Of a DNA stretch of 64,000 nucleotides, positions 59,586-64,000 are shown piece after piece; the first letter of the stretch is position 1, and each line of letters starts with the position of its first letter. The DNA is from Paraspadella gotoi. Its lineage: Eukaryota; Animalia; Chaetognatha. Both the position numbers and the translations under genes were made by a program. The notes under the pieces are model-generated. The model worked only from the letters and a program-made list of their open reading frames with translations, did no database searches and was not told where the DNA came from. The DNA is taken from assembly GCA_051294375.1 (NCBI GenBank), contig CM119263.1, positions 3,494,785 through 3,558,784 on the forward strand. Direction: 5' to 3'.

Positions 59586-61583
59586 AAAATTCAAATATAA
59601 CATTTCATTGCATTATTTAAAAAAAAACAAAACACTAGCCAGTTTATTCAAGAAAAATATAGTTATTCTGTTTAATTCTATTTTAAAAAAAATTTTGAAG
59701 TCCCAATTTAAAAATGTGCCTCTCTTGGAAGAATAATGTTTTTTCCACTGCCTTTATATGTTTTACTTATTTTTTATTTCAACACAAGTCAGATAAATTT
59801 TATAACTGAATCATATATACTATCTGCTTTTTTTTCAGAAGAGCATATTTGCACAAACAAATTTTTATACAAATATTTTTTTTTTTATAATAATCCAATT
59901 AATTTTGCTTAGTCACTGATAACAATATGAGGCAACCTGATTTGTTATAAAAGTTGTGCGTTTGCTAGTCTTCTTTTCTACCAAAATTACTTAAATTGAG
60001 ATTGTTATTCTTACTTTGATTCTGTAAAAAATATTTTTTATATTAAATATACTTACATTTTATTGTTATTGGCCTGCGTTTTTAATAAGTTTCATTACTT
60101 AAAGGTGATTTTGAAGTTTTTTAGCAAAAAAACAAAGTTTAAAGGACGAAAAAGATGTAGTTTTATTATTTATTGTAGATGTGAGATTAATTATCTTAAG
60201 CCGATTGAAATAGTTTGTGAAAAAAAGACATTTCAACGAAATGATGTAACGCACTCATTATTTACTGCCGAGGCGCAGATCATATTTCTCATCCAAATCG
60301 AAGGCTGAGAATCCAATTTTCTCTGTTTTTTTTCTCTTCATTCCGACATCTGGATATCTCAAGGGAGAATCAACTCTGTTTTTGTTGATTTCAATCGTGA
60401 GGCAGGTTAAACGAAAGCCTATGATGATTAGAGTGGAGCTCTCGGGACCCAATTTTTATTTGAGTCAATTAATCAAAATGAATTATTTATAAGATAAAAA
60501 ATTAAAACATATTGTTTGGGAACAGAACTGGAAAATACAATATATTTATAGTAAGATATAAAGTAACATATTTTACAAAAAATGTTTAATTTTTATGTTC
60601 TTAAATTAAAAAAAACATTTGAAAATTTATAAGGATATTTCTACATAAAAAATATAATTTGCGATACTTTTATACCAAAAAAAACTTTTAAAGGGCATAA
60701 ATCTAGGCTTGGTGCCAGTAATGAGTGTTTTCAACGCCCTTAAGGTAGTTTACAACTTTACAGCCATCCTCACGCTCTCCGCAGGGTAAGTACCTTTGGG
60801 ATCGATCGCGGAAGCTGATTGTCATAAACAATAACATTATTATCATGTTGTTCTTAACTTTAGGAATATTTATTCAACGCAGATTTACAAATTCTACTAT
60901 ACTTTAGTGTATATGGACAGATAAAAATAATATTTAAAACTAATCTATCATCTCAGTTTAATGAAAAAACAAAACCAAACACATTTGAAGATTTTGTTAA
61001 ATTTCCTTCAGAGTGACTTGCGTCAAAAAGACAAATAAATACTCTAATACATGGAAACACGGCCATGCAAAGTGAATTTAACAATAATTTATTGAAACTG
61101 ACCAGTAAGTGGAAGGAGAATCAAAAACAAAAATTACGAATAAACTACTATAGTCACGATCAGTAAAAGCAAATTCCATCCCAGTTTATTTTAGAACAGG
61201 CATTCGACAAATCTTTCACCAACAAATGGGCACACAGTTATCACACTCAAGCACCATTATGTTAAACCCAATGTCAGTATAAGCTTAATAACAAAGCACT
61301 TTTTTTTTAAATACAATTTAAAAAGCAAATTGAAATCTATATAAAATTTTTCAAATAAAAACATTTTTAAAAATAATTTCAGCGATAGTTTAAGTTTAGA
61401 AAAAAATTAGGAGAAAAACATCGGCATGCTTCAAATATTGAAGTTAGATTTCCGTTTTTAAATACAAATTTAACATTTTAATTAACTTGGCGACAAGGAA
61501 TGACTCCGGCAAGGCATCGTGAAAATCGTGGCGAAATCCAAATGAGACGTGAAGTTCCTCATCCTCAACTTCAGCCTCTTCAT

Positions 61584-64000
61584 TCATCCTCCACATCCCC
61601 CACATCCTCCACATCCACCGCCACATCCTCCTCCATCTCCGCCACCGTCGCCACCGTCGCCACCGTCTCCGCCTCCGCCGCCGCAGGAGGCGCCGCAGCC
61701 CGCGCAGGCGTCGATGTCCGCCGCAGCGCAGGCGCCGCAAGCGCCACATTCCATGTAGAAGACGGTCGTCGCCATGTAGCTGAAAGAAAGTGTTTGTGGT
61801 CGATTAGTTGTGGTTGGGATCAAACAATTCGAAACAATTTTTTGGAAGGACACAAACTCATAAAATTAAATACAAATAAGTCAAATATATCTTTGTATAT
61901 TTTATCCGTCTTTTTGTTTTAATCAAACTAATTTTATCAAGGATCTTCTATTTCTCTCTTTAATTTTCTCTCTTCTCAAAATTTTTCTTATCCTATTTAC
62001 TACTTTCTCATTACGGCGGGATTTAGACATTAAAAATAAAACTCTTTTCTGTCATTCTAAACTTATTTTTTTTGATGAACAAATAGATTAAAATTGTGAG
62101 TTAAATTTAGTTGATTCTCGTCACCACCAGAAACAAGCCCCAACTTTCTTCATTTATCAAAATCAGGCCATCGCTCTAAGTTCACATCAATCTCGTAAAC
62201 TTCTCATCATTCACTAGACTCACTTGTGATGGTGAATCCCCGCCATCACCAACAAGTCCGCATCGTAAGTATCGTACGCCCGTGGCGTTCGGCTCATATC
62301 CGGCCGCGGGACCTCGCCCGTGTCTAGCCGCGGCTGAAGCAGCGACTGCAGGATGGCGACGCCGAAAGCCCCGGCGAGGGAGCCCAACTGCTCGTCGACT
62401 CCGTTGCGCGAAAATGTGATGTTGCTCGACTTGAGGTTGACCTCGGCGTCCATGACTTCAAAGTGAAGATCGTTGCGAACGAAAAATCTTTGGGCGATCG
62501 AAGGTTTGGAAAAGAGTTTTCGTTTTGGATCGAGGAGACTGCGATGTCGAAGGTTGAAGTGAGTCACGGAGAGTTTGCCCGGGGTGTGCTCGGAACGACC
62601 CTCCCATTGAGCCACCAAGACGGCCGCGTCACCTTGGATGGAGAATGGAGATGAAAAGGCTTGATTTTAAATTTATTAATGTAGGGGAAAAACAAAAAAA
62701 GAAAAACAAAAAAAAATATTAAACAAAAGAAAAAAAACCAAAAAAACCAAAACATAAATTTTGAAAAATGATTTTAAGATTTAAAAATTTTAAAAATTTA
62801 AAACTTTAAATAAACAATTCAAAATGGTTTTAAAAAGATTTATTCAACCCTCCCCTAAACTTATTCACTCTCACACTTTCCGTCCCTTTTTATTTTCCTC
62901 TTCCTCATCCTCTTATTCCACCTCCTCTTCTTCCTCATCATCCACCTCTTCCTCATCCTCTTCTTCTTCCTCATCCCCCTCTTCCTCCTCCTCCACCCTC
63001 GACTCCCTCTCACCTTTCCTATTCATGACAATCATCGACAGATCCGTCCTGTGATTGGTTCCGTGCATGGTGTTCTCATCACTCCCCTCTCCTCATCCTC
63101 TTCTTCTTCCCCCTCCTCTTCTTCCTCTTCTTCCCGTTCTCTTCTTCCTCCTCATCCCCTCTCCTCATCATCTTCTCCCCCTCCTCTTCTTCCTCATCAT
63201 CCCCCTCTTCCTCCTCCTCCACCTCGACACCCTCTCACCTTTCATATCATGACAATCATCGACAGATCCGTCCTGTGATTGGTTCCGTGCTTGGTGTTCT
63301 CATCACTCCCTCTTCCTCATCCTCTTCTTTTCCCCCTCCTCTTCTTCCTCTTCTTCTCCCTCTTCCTCCTCATCCACCATCGACTCCCTCTCTCCTTTCA
63401 TATCCATGACAATCCTCTTCTTCCTCTTCTTCCCCTCCTCTTCTTCCTCAGCATCCTCTTCTTCTCCCTCTCTTCTTCCTCCTCATCCCCTCTTCCTCAT
63501 CCTCTTCATCCCCTCCTCTTCTTCCTCATCATCTCCTCTTCCTCCTCCCCCACCATCGACTCCCTCTCACCTTTCCGATCCTTGACGATCATTGATCTTC
63601 GCTTGTTCTGCTTCTTCATCGTATTCATCAACATCATCGGCAGATCCGACCTGTGATTGGTTCCGTGCTTGGTGTCCTCCATCAGAGATTCCGATCCTAT
63701 CGTGTGGCAGCAGGCGAAGACGACGGGCTCGGCCGGCGCCGCGGCACCCGCTGCGCCGGCGGCCGCGGCCGCCGCGTCGACGCCGCCTGCGCAGGGGCGC
63801 CACTCGTCTACGACGAAGGCAGCTGAGAAGGGCGGTTTCTGTGTATGGACGACGACGACGTCGAAAGGCTTCTGCTCGGGCGACTGCATCCGGTGAATCC
63901 CGTAGACGACGGTGGCGCCGGCGTCGGGCGCGAAGTGAAGATGGCGCCAGCCCACGAAAGGAGGGTGGCCGGCGCCTCGGTGAAGGTTCCTTGGATGAGG
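61584..64000 (-). CDS. 3' exons (>64000-63571, 62632-62224, 61779-61584) of a glycine-rich domain-containing protein (GRDP/DUF1399-like)
   Basis: GT-AG, phase-compatible splicing gives ...FDVVVVHTQKPPFSAAFV...VFACCHTIGSESL...RRSMIVKDRK/GDAAVLVAQWEG...PGKLSVTHFNL...SLAGAFGVAILQSLLQPR...HHN/YMATTVFYMECGACGAC...GGGCGGGCGGCGGCGG-stop. The Gly/Cys tail and A.AF.VA+L..L.QPR motif are recalled from GRDP-like proteins; the DUF1399 domain itself would lie beyond the window. Confidence 0.7.
62990..63680 (-). repeat. ~228-bp intronic tandem repeat built from pieces of the GRDP-like exon end plus a purine-rich tract
   Basis: atgacaatcatcgacagatccgtcctgtgattggttccgtgc occurs at ~63025 and ~63249 and matches exon sequence agatccgacctgtgattggttccgtgc at ~63642. 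ccctctcaccttt (the donor GAAAG|GTGAG on -) occurs at ~63005, ~63230 and ~63562. Confidence 0.8.

Noticed and set aside
60241-60310. ATGATG…CTGA spaced like a C/D-box snoRNA
   Set aside because: Box C is imperfect, with no terminal stem or recognisable guide; expected by chance.

Overview
Eukaryotic, probably invertebrate animal, genomic scaffold with many N-gaps, dense microsatellites ((GA)n, (GAAA)n, (GAC)n, (AAT)n) and spliced GT-AG genes. The first ~31 kb has no gene I can recognise. The rest contains the 3' exons of an F5/8-type C (discoidin-like) domain gene (+), a multi-exon rhodopsin-class peptide-type GPCR with an unusually large third extracellular loop (-), a decayed Ty3/Gypsy integrase with a 3' LTR, a TMEM121/CECR6-family gene (-), and the 3' exons of a glycine-rich-domain (GRDP/DUF1399-like) gene (-). 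The main candidate for a new system is a tandem pair of intronless paralogues (51750-55277 and 56163-59585). Each encodes signal peptide + Cys-rich ectodomain + one TM helix + cytoplasmic COR-like domain without a Roc GTPase + C-terminal FAM111-like trypsin-fold serine protease with an intact His/Asp/Ser triad, i.e. a putative 'receptor serine protease'. Two large inverted repeats (~6.6 kb arms centred near 47.9 kb; ~0.4-0.5 kb arms centred near 33.8 kb) have one indel-riddled arm and most likely are long-read fold-back assembly artefacts. All domain calls come from motif recognition by eye; no searches were run.
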